Under the pieces are notes generated by a model that had not been told where the DNA came from, did not search any database, and was given only the letters and a program-made list of their open reading frames with translations. A stretch of 62,061 nucleotides of DNA, the filler included, from Choristocarpus tenellus KU-1152 (taxonomy: Eukaryota > Protista > Phaeophyceae), in NCBI GenBank assembly GCA_964200185.2. It is 13 parts of 13 records of this genome, joined end to end, with 100 filler letters (N's around TTAATTAATTAA, not from the genome) between each part and the next. Parts side by side here need not be neighbours in the genome. Positions count along the whole stretch, not along the records: positions 1 to 2,503 come from CAXNAD020027265.1; positions 2,604 to 8,071 come from CAXNAD020010684.1; positions 8,172 to 10,760 come from CAXNAD020026489.1; 10 more parts are not named here. The stretch is one strand, 5' to 3'. Positions 1 through 10,860 of the stretch are shown in pieces (position 1 is the stretch's first letter; every line of letters starts with the position of its first letter). The translations under genes were made by a program, and so were the position numbers.

Positions 1-1740
1 CAAGGAGAGCCGCCAAGAACAGCCGATTTCAAAAATTGAGGATGGAGCTTTTCATTGAGGATGGGCTTGACCCAAAATTGACTGGGATAAAGTGTCGATA
101 CGTTTAAAAAAAAAATACATATCGACACTTTATCCCAGTCAATATTGGGTCAAGTCCATCCTCAATGAAAAGCTCCATTCTCAATTTTTGAAATCGGCTG
201 TTCAAGGCCACTCCGCCCCCTGGATCTACCCTCGGCACCTTCTCTGTCCAGAGGCGACAGAAAAGCAAGTGCCGTGTGACATTTAGTGCGATGGTAGGTG
301 ACGAGAAAGTGCAAGTAGTGTGGCGCAGCAGCATGATCAAATCGCACAATTGACCACGTGGCCGCAACACTGACGCCGAGAGAAGATGCATGAAAAGCAT
401 TACCACACAAACGTGGTTGGATCTTCAACCACTGCAGAGCTCTGGTCCACAGTCTCTGCCACCTCGGGAAAGCAGGAAGAGAGCGGCGAGTCCATCACAA
501 GGTGGTACAGGGACGAAGTCTGTGGGGAAGCCTGGTCATGGCGGGCGAAGGGAGAACCGGGGTGGCCAGCCGAAGAGAGGGTTAGGGAGGAGAGCAGTGC
601 AACTGCGTGCCATTGCACTCAGGAAACGGCTAAGCAAAAACCTGGGTAGGGAATATCTTCGTAGTCGACAGCTGCAGCAGGCCCTGGCTGTTTGGAAGCT
701 ATGCGAGCCGGAGTGGCTTAAGGAAATGAGAAGGTGTCAGGGTTGGGGTACAAGGACTCTGAAGGCCGAAAGAAGGTCCAAAGAGCTCGCAAGGTGGAGG
801 AGAAAGCGACTTTAACAAAATCAGCGGCATTTTCGATACCACCAAATCTCTTACTTCGAAGAGGTAGCAAGCAGGTGGAGGTAGCCATCGATGAGGACAC
901 TAGGGAAGAATAGGAGGTGAGATTGAGACTATTTGCACACCGGTGGTTTGGTGCCTCCCACTTCTTGTAAGATGCCGTACATGCACTTTTGTTCCTGGAC
1001 TTAGGGTTGGACGTATAAAGTTAATTTAGGTTTTCGCCCTGCCTGCATTCATTCAAGAAATTTTGTGGGAAAGGGGGGTGTTAGATCCCGGAATGACGAA
1101 TGACGGGGGGAAGGGAGAGAAACATAACCCAAGCAAAGGCATGTTGCATGTGCTTGGAGAGCAGAGAGACTTCAATGAGATAGTTCCTAGTCTTCAGCTT
1201 CTTGTCAAGCGGGGTATACGTAATGCTCCCAAAGTATCTTTGTGAGCTCAACCCCATTGAGCTCGTGTGGGGTTGAGCAAGACACTGACTATTAAAGCAT
1301 TGTATCTATTCCTTGGATGGACTCCGACAAAACGTCTCTTTGAGCTTGAAACCAGTTGAGGATAGGCAACCTGTTTGCCTCCTCCAGAAGTACTGCAAGA
1401 AGGCGTACATGCACCATCTTGTCTACTTCAAGATGGCTGCCACTCGACCGAAAGCCGACAAGAGGTACAAGTCTCATAGGCGCCTAGCAAATTGGAATTC
1501 CTGGTGGCAGATGGAGACAAGAGTTACATACATTTACATTTACATTTAGCATTGATTCCCTGGGTCGTTCGTTTGGCTGGTGTTTTTTCCCGCCTGACCA
1601 ACTATTACTTCAGTCAAATAATATTACATCTGTTGCCACCCTTGGTTTCCTACAATCCAAGGTTCGAACCCCAATATGAGCGCTCTTTCTTCAATAAAAA
1701 AATCGGAAAAAAATGAAGCCCTTAATCTGGAGGGCGTTGT
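1..1740 (+). mobile_element. Internally deleted IS630/Tc1/mariner-like DNA transposon with a decayed transposase C-terminus
   Basis: 1223-1276 reads MLPKYLCELNPIELVWG*, matching the (F/L)PKFHCELNPIExxWG motif. It is preceded by VLGEQRDF and followed by KYCKKAY...KRYKSHRR, with stops and frameshifts. About 200-520 and 915-1062 align with the reverse complement of 11385-12150. Confidence 0.7.
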
Positions 1741-1884
1741 GACGGGCATCTCGAATATGGATTTATTTTTTAGTGGTACTAGTACCTTCGCCCTTTGGGG
1801 TTGCTTCGTTATAACGTTTGATGTAGATATCGGGTAAAAAATCTAAAAAACATATTTGTGATTCCCATCACAAGGACCTCCAGG

Positions 1885-2455
1885 ATATGGGCTTCGTGTT
1901 TTTATCGATTTTTTGTTTTTTTGAAGAGAGAACGCTCATATTGGGGTTCGAACCCTGGATTGTAGGAATCCAGGAGCGGCCACAGATACAATATTGGATG
2001 ATTCAAGTATACTTGTTCAGGCGGGAAAAAAAGCCTCCCCATCCTTTCGTCCTCTGTGTTCACACACCCACTGTTTGACCTCGGCAAGGATGTCCTCGTC
2101 GAGGCCCAGAAAGAAAGGTCTCTTGGAGCGCCCTTGCTCCGACACCTTGATGTGGCCCTTAGTTAGGAAGTCTCTCTCCCATTTACTCACAGTTTCCAAC
2201 CTGACCACTGCATATCCTGCTGCTATATTGAGCACCTTTGACGGTCTTTCCCATTGTTCATACACAGGTACAGGATTGGCATTGTTAGAGCCTTTACTAT
2301 CACATTTCCTTATTGAGTGCCGGAAATGGGAATCGTCCGTGTTTCCTGGGAGGTGATACTTGATCATCAAGGTGCAAGGGCAAGGGAGGACAGGCTTGAG
2401 TTGATCGAACATTGTACAGATTTCTTGAATGAATGCAGGCAGGGCGAAAACCTAA
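1885..2455 (-). mobile_element. Second copy of the same transposon family (N-terminal HTH-like region joined to the 3' end)
   Basis: ORF 2017-2412 contains TVSKWERDFLTKGHIKVSEQGRSKRPFFLGLDEDILAEVKQW and closely matches 10870-11420. 1890-1975 is an inverted copy of 1640-1725. Confidence 0.75.
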
Positions 2456-2503
2456 GGGTCAAAGTATCTTGGGGGGGGGGGGGTGGTTTGTGAGGGGGCG
2501 TCC

Positions 2504-2603
2504 NNNNNNNNNNNNNNNNNNNNNNNNNNNNNNNNNNNNNNNNNNNNTTAATTAATTAANNNNNNNNNNNNNNNNNNNNNNNNNNNNNNNNNNNNNNNNN
2601 NNN
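2504..2603. other. Artificial contig linker (44 N + TTAATTAATTAA + 44 N), first of 12
   Basis: The same 100-nt six-frame-stop spacer occurs at 2504-2603, 8072-8171, 10761-10860, 18305-18404, 22968-23067, 27457-27556, 32679-32778, 38023-38122, 41162-41261, 46748-46847, 53503-53602 and 57815-57914. A separate 10-N gap lies at 7217-7226. Confidence 0.98.
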
Positions 2604-2953
2604 CATCCTGAGTGAAGAGGTACTCAAGGGAGTGTCACGTTCATCCACTCATCTGTCCACCGTATTTGAGTTCGTAACAAGTCACCTCACAATATACGCC
2701 CTGATCGCCCACATTAATTAAACCTCATAAATCCACAGGTCAAAAGGGACCGTGTGTTTTGGGAGGATGTGGAAGAGGGTACAGTCTACCTCGACATCGT
2801 CAAATACTCAGAGGGCGTTGCCCTCAACACCAGAGGCGAACACACAGGCAAGTAATTACACAATTGTACAACAGCGTCAGATACGTGAACATCAAACAAC
2901 GTCCCCTACATTAAACACATCGCCTTGACTCTCAGGGATCTTACCGACGTTCG

Positions 2954-3265
2954 ACAGGTTCACAATGTACACTGATGCAGGGTTCTCCCATTATATATGT
3001 TGTGAAGATGCTCGTCGAACAGATTTATTTATACTTTCGCTGTGCTCTACTGATCGGTACAACCCATCGCAGGGTGGGAAACTATGTCGCGGTTCATGTC
3101 CTATTGTTGGACAGTTTCACAATGTACACTGACGCAGGGTTCTCGAGTTATATATGTTGCAAAGATATGCTCGTCAAACAGATTTATTCATACTTTTCAC
3201 TGTGCTCCGTCGATCGGTACAACCCAGCGCAGTGTGGGAAACTCTGTCACGGTTCATATCCTTTA
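2954..3265. repeat. Tandem duplication, about 156 bp x2
   Basis: Both units begin gacag(g/t)ttcacaatgtacactga and share gatcggtacaaccca...gtgggaaact...cggttcat. Confidence 0.85.
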
Positions 3266-3540
3266 GTCCTATAGGCGTCTTCTTTCCCCAGTGTTACAAG
3301 GCCTACTTGTCTTCCTGATCTATGGTCTAAGAGAATCCGCCCAAGTACGACGAAATGCAAGTACTTCTTTTCTCAGCCTTTGCCTCCTCCTCTACATCCT
3401 CCTTCGCTTAATCCTTTTCACTAACCTCTGCCTCATCCTTTGCCTCCTAACCCTAGCCCCTCTTCCCGTTGTTTTGACTCCTAATTCGCCATGTCCTTTG
3501 CCTACTCCTCAACCACTACAGAGATAACACGAGTAACAAA

Positions 3541-3805
3541 GAGTGAAAGTATCTTAAGAGGATACGAGTTTTACCCTGTTTGTCCGTTTTGGGGCTTGGC
3601 TTCCCACAGATTTCTTACGACATTTTACCCACTCCGAATGTTTTGGAGTAGTTAAAATGTATATCTTATGAAAAGGCATGTCTGGAGTTACAAGTATAAT
3701 TGACACTTCCTAACAAACGTGATGGCCAAAATAACATCACAATCGCAACATTGGATTTTGTCCCCAAAATGGACGCGGCTCTCTACCCTCTAAGATAATT
3801 GACTC
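3541..3805 (+). mobile_element. ~260-bp MITE (GAGTGAAAGTATCTTA...TAAGATACTTTGACTC family)
   Basis: Terminal inverted repeats of about 22 bp; body shared with about 10 other copies in the window; flanked by AAA/AAA. Confidence 0.85.
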
Positions 3806-4809
3806 AAACATTGTGATCATGCCAGAGAAAAACGCCATGTCCTAGCACAACCTTGACAAGTTCAAGTCCAAAACGAGCGCCGCCCACGAGAGAGCAGTCG
3901 CCCTTCTTCTCCAGACCCGACCAGGAGGCATCGTAATCACATGCACCACCCTTGGAGACAACCGTGATCCGGATCGTATCCAACTCCTCATCTACAAACT
4001 CTCCACCTTCTCCAATTTTTTGCTGGTGAAGACACCGGTAGCTGGTGGCGTATCCACGCCTATACCTTGTGGAGGACCTGACCCACTTAGGTGATAAAGA
4101 GGAACTGGAGACGCCATCGCCTAACCCTACCGTAGGTGCAGGAAGCGGTTCACCACATGGGGGAAGGCATCCGACCACAACCTCGCAGGACGACCCTGAA
4201 GGTGATGGGGACCTGTCCGATTGTAACGCTTTGTCATGTCCAGAGGAACATGTTCAGGAGGACGTGGGGGAGCGGCTAAGCCCGGGCTCAGAGTCCATGC
4301 CTGTCAGGAGTAACCCCGTAATGTCCCAAAATGCCCATGACGAGTCAACAACACCAAGGGTTGATTTTACACCATCTGGTTCCTCACATAGGGACAAGCC
4401 TTCGGCAAAGGAGAAGGGGAAGGCCAATACGATGATGGTCATTATGAAGAAGAGGTTGGGAGAAGGTGCTGAACGGATGAGACCCTTCAAACATCCTCGT
4501 GGAAACGACGGTAGATACTTAGAACCTGGCTTTTTTGCAGACGTCTTCGCTTCAGGCAGAAAGGGTGGAGACGCGGAAAATGAAGTGCCATGTACTACGG
4601 GGCATGATGATGACGACCAAACGTCCGCGCATGGTGATGATGACGTCATGACAGAGGATGCGGTCGACTCCAGCAATGTATCCGTCGTGGGGATCACACC
4701 AAACCAACCCTCCCTCATTAGGATTTATTCAACCAACTAACCCTAGCCCAGAATCAAGGGTTGATATCTTGAGATACTTCCAGCGAAACGTACGACAATA
4801 CACCTTGAC

Positions 4810-5577
4810 CAACAAGCCTTTGTGAACACATCCAGAATCCGTTGACACATTACATCAAAGAAACAATTCACTAACCCGAAAGTAAAACCTGACCCTTTTC
4901 CCTTCATTCATGCCAACAACTTTAACCCTAACACCCTGAGCGACAACCCCCTTTGTGTACATACTAAATCCGACACATGCAAGCAAATAAGCAAAATATT
5001 AAATATAAAACAGTATATTGATTATTTTTTAATACCTCGTGCACACACCGGGACAACAGGCCCTAACTGAAAGTCCTCTTTGTGTATATATCAGACACGA
5101 CTCATGCTAGCTAATAAACGAAAAAACTAACCTCGAAACAGTTCATGGTCTTTTTCTCAGTTGCTCGTGCTAACACAGGGTAAACCTAACACCCTAATCG
5201 ACTGCCCTCTTTATGTGTTGACCAAATCCCACTCATGTAACCAAACAAACCAGTATCTAGCCCTGAAACAACCAATGGCATATCTCTCGTTCTTCGTCCT
5301 AACTGTACAACCAACATACACATCGACATAAGCCTCTTTGAACACATTGGAAATCCGACACATGCAAACGTCGAAACTCCTAACCAAGCCCAAATAAATG
5401 GTGGCATATTTTCCATTCCTCTTGCCTACGCAAGGAAAGAAGGGAACCTAACCAACAGTCTTCTTTTTTTGCCCACATTTCCAATCCGACAGGTGCGAAC
5501 ATATAACACCAAAAATCGAAAAACGAAAAAAGAGTGAAAAATGGATGCCGGCACCCCCCCCCCAGATACTTTGACCA
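4810..5577 (-). repeat. Degenerate ~129-bp tandem array (about 6 units) ending in a G-run MITE terminus
   Basis: The ctttg(tg)...aatccgacacatgc motif recurs near 4818, 4951, 5078, 5209, 5336 and 5463. The array ends in cccccagatactttgacc, and 5440-5577 matches the reverse complement of 22810-22940. Confidence 0.7.
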
Positions 5578-6577
5578 TTGAACGATTTAGGTGACAGAAT
5601 GGAGATCCACAGTCGAGGAAGATTCCTTTCTTGGAGCAGACATCGTCTTTATTGCCACTTCTTCAACGCCTCACATATATGAATCGCAAACGAAAACATA
5701 ATGTTTTACGGCTTCGTAATAGAAGATGCCAAGAATGATTTGAGTGTAGAGTTTTTCCATGGTTCGAAACTAAGTCTGAATCCAAATAGACATACAGTGG
5801 GTTACCCGATTTTGTTCACCCATGGGCATTCCCGAGAAAGCGGAACAAAATCGATGCGATACAAATGGGATTTTTTACAGCTTTGTACAAAACCGGGCAT
5901 CCGACTATGTGCCAAATGGTACAATATCGGGAGAAACTTTAGAGCAGGATTGCCACCACATCTGACGACTACGACTAGTAATCGTGGTAATTGCAATCGT
6001 TGAGCTAATCTCGGAGAGTTTCAAGAATTAGTCGTAGAATGGACTAATAATCGTGGCATTCCTGGGAAATCAATCTTCGAAGCGACTAACAATCGTCAGT
6101 TTATTTTCGACACCCACGATCGTGATTAAATCGTTTTTACGATTAAATAATTGTCAGACGTGTGCAGGGTTGTGAAAAGACGAAAGACTAAATCGATGCA
6201 AAGACGCGCTACAACATGGTTGTAACTGTACGCCACATACTCCACGGGTCAGTGGATACATCTCGCGGTCCTTGCAAGCTTCATGGATAGAATGGAAACG
6301 ATTACGAGCGCTTTTTTTTAATGAGGTTAATGTGTTAATGCACATCTCCCGCCTCACCATACGGAAAGAGAATACTGCATGTATGTTAAAGAAATTGGTG
6401 TTCCCAAGACTTGTGTATGTAAATGACTCGATTAATTCCTTGTTATGCAGAACAGGTTGTACATGAAGTAAGGAAGGTGTAAGAAAGGAGAGAGTGAACT
6501 TCAAAGCTCAAAGGGGGTCATTGCCTTACGATTCGCATATTCTAATAACACGCCACTCAGTCCATGATTAGTTGCTA

Positions 6578-7920
6578 TGTTACTTGCTACAACATTCCTT
6601 TTCTAGAATTCTTCTTGTTGTACTATAACCCGGACAATATTTTCGTTGTCACCTGAAAAAAAACATTACTATCAATTATCCCGTTATCCGACAATAGTTC
6701 AACAACTCAATGTTTCTCCTACAGAATCATATTTTACACATGAATAAAAAGCATATTCTTAACACACTCCCCTGCTTTGAACTTCAAGTGAAAAATATCA
6801 CCTCAAAACATTCTTTGACATATCTTAAACCAGAAATCAATTCTACTTCATTCAACACATGATAACACTGGAATGCCTATTGAAAGACTCCTTAGACAAA
6901 CCCTTAGTAAAAAGATCAGCATGTTGAAACTCCGTTTGCAAATACCTAATTGCTATATTGCCTTCCCTCTCCAACTGACGTACATAGTGATACCTAATAT
7001 CAATGTGCTTGTTTCTACTGCCATTTAGCAATCTTCATTGGATCATCATTATCCTCAAACACAGATACAGGGCAATCTTTACAAAGTGGTTGCATGAACA
7101 TGTGCACTTGCTTGAGGAACATAACCTCTTTCCCTAACTCACACAGTGCATTATACTTAGCCTCAGCAGTGGACAGTGTAACCGTTTTCTGCTTTCTCGA
7201 CCACCAATCGACACATNNNNNNNNNNTCGACACATCCTCCCCCAAACATCACAACACCACCTGAAATAGACAATCTACTCTCTTTACAGTTAGCATGATC
7301 AGCATCTATATAGCCAATTAACTGATCTCTTGGTTCATTACCATAAATCCAAAATCATCAAAGGCAATTCCATGCTCTTTAGTACTCAATAGGTACCCAA
7401 TCACTCTCCTAGCATTCAACCAATCAGAACAACTTGGATTCTCCACAAAAAAGGCCAATTCACTAACTCCAAACTCCGATCCATCACCTAGTCCCACCTT
7501 GAACCTCTGCTCTCTCCCTTTGCCATCCATCTGCCTCGGTCAAAAACCATCTTTGTCCCTAGCACCTTGTGACCATCAGTGGGGCGAGGTACTTGAATCC
7601 ATACTCCCCTGCTATCCAGATCATCCACTTCTTCACGAATAGCAGCTTTCAACAAAGGCCACTCCTCACACTCTGTCGCTGCTCTCATGGTCTTAGGTTC
7701 TAGTGGGAGGGGTTTATCTTTCCCATCCACAAGTAGATCAGCCAGTCTTCGCTCATACCATACTGTCCGTTCCAATGGTTCACCAGGTTCAGATGGGGGG
7801 TCGTGGTTATGGTCCACTAGTCGCAGTAACAACATTCCACCACTCCCCTGTTTTGACGTACGTGGATCCATACCACCAGCACCGGTGTTCAGTATCCCAT
7901 CAGTACTTCCATTTTCCAAA
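6578..7920 (-). mobile_element. Internally deleted Ty1/Copia LTR retrotransposon remnant (RT start, RNase H, PPT, 3' LTR)
   Basis: The minus strand gives EPKTMRAA..W..AIREEVDDLDSRGVW (RT start), ARRVIGYLLST, WWSRKQKTVTLSTAEAKY, FEDN, HIDIRYHYVR and QHADLFTKGL (Copia RNase H). A purine-rich tract AAGCAGGGGAG precedes TGTTA at 6764. The LTR end (TAACA near 6578) is tentative. Confidence 0.85.
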
Positions 7921-7921
7921 T

Positions 7922-8071
7922 GGCTCAAAGTATCTGGGAGGGGGTGGCGGCTTTCCATTTGCGGTCAATTTTATTATATCGCGATTTTTTGGTGATTTGA
8001 TTGCCATACGTCGGATGGATAATGCAAATGCACTTTTCCCGATTCTGGTCCAAATGGACACCCTTGTGTAG
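7922..8071 (+). mobile_element. Short MITE with a G-run terminus (ggctcaaagtatctggg...), truncated by the contig end
   Basis: Shares the caaagtatct terminal core. Its distal part is the reverse complement of the distal part of 27384-27456. Confidence 0.7.
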
Positions 8072-9407
8072 NNNNNNNNNNNNNNNNNNNNNNNNNNNNN
8101 NNNNNNNNNNNNNNNTTAATTAATTAANNNNNNNNNNNNNNNNNNNNNNNNNNNNNNNNNNNNNNNNNNNNCTCCAATTACAAAAAAAAACACACCCCCA
8201 TCCACCTAACAAGCCCCTTGAACACCCAAAAAAAAAACTCCCCCCCCCCCCCCCCCCCCCCCCCAGACCATCTAAACATCAAACCGAACAAAACCACTTC
8301 AAAATACAACTACCACATGAAGGTATGTACCTTAACCAGTCAATGCAGAGCTCACCACTGGTATCTGACTCATGACCACCATACTAAACCCCCACTTTAT
8401 AGGTATGTATATAATTATATACATACTTCGAATAAATTAATCTTAAATTTCCTCTTGAGTTGACTTTGTGTTGCTATCTGATTTGTGTGTGATCCCTCTT
8501 TCAACATCATGAAATCACTTCTACACGCCATACCCACTACAATTCTTGTTTTTTTTAAATTAAAAAAGAAATAACATTGAGACACTGATCATCTACAATC
8601 TGCCATCTTCAAATGTATAGTCTAAAGAACAACAAACACCATGAGTGAGGGAAGGACCAATTAAGCACAGACCAGCAGGAACTAGCCAACACACTAGCAA
8701 TTCTTACAGGCAAGCACAAAAGCATCCTATTCTTCACCAATAGCTAACATAGGTGTTACCATTTCAGATACTTAGCAACAACATGTTTCCAAGTGGGAAA
8801 AAATGGACAAAAGCTACACTTACTATAATAGCCCTCCGCAGTGTAAGTACTTGTATATATGTAACACTATTGTAAATAATAAGGTAATGTATCACAACGT
8901 AGACCATATTGTAACAAGCCAGCAATATTTCTTGGCAGATCACTTGGATTCGATTTGGGACAGCAACTTAAATACCCGCATGGAGGAAACCCTATCACTA
9001 AAAAAAAAACACCCAAAGAGTTAAAAAAAAAATGAGTAGACAAATCACAACTTTCTTTCCAAACCCTGGTCCTAAGAAATCAACTCGCAGCATGTTAAAT
9101 ATTACAATAATAAAAAGCAAAATATTACAATGTAAAAAGACCCTACACAAACATCAATTAATATGATAACAAGAGCACTAACTACAATCTGAATGTAGTT
9201 GAATTTTTTTTTTATGGAAGATTAAAAAATATATGCACTATACTATGAAAGCATTCATATCAACATCAATAATAATAAAATACATAAATACTCTAGCGAT
9301 GTCCTCAATACATCTTCTAACAACATACCATACTATATCATACCACATCATATCATACCATACCATACCACACCTTACTACCTACACACCAAACTACACT
9401 CTCTTAC

Positions 9408-9569
9408 CTCTGGATCACTGTGGGCCAAGTCCTGCGTGTACCTCAGTACCATGTGTTCCAAGCGAGGCGGGGGTTGTAGCCTGCCTGGAATGTCCATTGC
9501 GGCAACATCGCTGAGTTCCACACCTTTGTAGGCGTTGTGGTACGCCAATGCCAAGGCCATGTGCACCGC
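9408..9569 (-). CDS. NUP93: Internal exon of a nucleoporin Nup93/Nic96-like protein
   Basis: AAG acceptor, GTAAGA donor, 162 nt in phase 0. Encodes AVHMALALAYHNAY...RLEHMVLRYTQDLAHSDPE, resembling Nup93 AVH(F/V)AIAL...YT.xF..xDP. Confidence 0.65.
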
Positions 9570-9573
9570 CTTC

Positions 9574-9640
9574 AACACAATGTACAACACAATGTACAAC
9601 ACAATGTACAACACAACGTACAACACAATGTACAACACAA
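9574..9640. repeat. 12-bp minisatellite (CAACACAATGTA), about 5.5 copies
   Basis: Read directly; lies next to the exon acceptor. Confidence 0.9.
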
Positions 9641-10860
9641 ATATGCCGCAGATTATTGATAGAACATTGGATTAATTTGGTGACACCCTATCGCAGGGGA
9701 ATAAAAGTTGGTCGCACTCATCACCACATCCAAGGCTACCGACCAATCACGTTATTGTATTCACAAGATACACGGTGTGGACAGAAACACCTTACCCAAT
9801 AGAACGAGCCTACATCTCGCATTCTGTCAATTGAACCAGCACAAAAATGTACTCAACCCTCAATGCAGTCATCCAACAGTTACAACAGTTACAACAGTTT
9901 CCTTCCCCTCAACACATCCACTGTTATCACACAAGGGTTAGGGTTTCATCAAGAGCGGCGCTCGATTCAATCAAAAATGTTGTTCAACACCAAGCGTTCT
10001 TAATAATAAAAATAATTATAATAATGAAACATCCCACACACACAAAAAGAGGTCTTGACCTCCCCCCTACAAAAAAAGAGAGGTTGGTAGGTTTGCATCT
10101 AAAGTTCAACACAAGCCACACTATTACTGCAGACTCAGTGCATCACCATCACCATCACCATATTTATATACCTACTCTTTTCACCAATTCAACTAATATA
10201 ACCCAAGTAACACAGTCAATACACACTACAAAGTGTTATCTTATTAATAATAGGCTTTCAGATTCGATCCACTAGGGGTTAGAGGAGAGAACATGGAGGT
10301 TACGTTTGTGTCGGGGCCTCAATTTTATGAGGAATTGGAGGCTTTTGCAGACTAAGTGTTGAAGAAGCACTGACTCAGTATCACGGTATGACTTATACCG
10401 ACAACAGTACAATAAAAACCTACTGTACCATCATACCACCATACTATCATCTCTTGGTTCTCAAAATGGTGACAACATACCATTTTGAGAATCCACAACC
10501 TGCCACATTTCGATTCTTTAATTTTTTTAATTAATGACATGTTCAAGAAAAATAAATAAATATATATATATATCCCCAGGTTCATTCATAGATGCTATAT
10601 TTGCAGCAACTAACAACTTATATTTAATGGCAAAATGATTAGTTGAAGTTGCAACCTTCATAACCTCTAGCTTACAGAATGCTACGATTGAGGCAAATAT
10701 ATGGTTAGCTTGCGATCTAACCCTTTTTGTTGGAGATTTAGCCAAGCTTGCATTCTCCTTNNNNNNNNNNNNNNNNNNNNNNNNNNNNNNNNNNNNNNNN
10801 NNNNTTAATTAATTAANNNNNNNNNNNNNNNNNNNNNNNNNNNNNNNNNNNNNNNNNNNN

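Noticed and set aside
1228-1240. MITE terminal core caaagtatctt inside the transposase relic
   Set aside because: It encodes PKYL of the conserved motif and has no MITE body or TSD, so it is probably coincidental.
2548-2559. Recurrent TTAATTAATTAA motif and ORFs ending in X...LIN
   Set aside because: This is an assembly linker with stops in all six frames, not biological. Gene neighbourhoods across linkers are meaningless.
3291-3527. Hydrophobic 78-aa ORF resembling a membrane peptide
   Set aside because: It arises from a pyrimidine-rich low-complexity tract (cctttgcctcct repeats); no splice or homology support.
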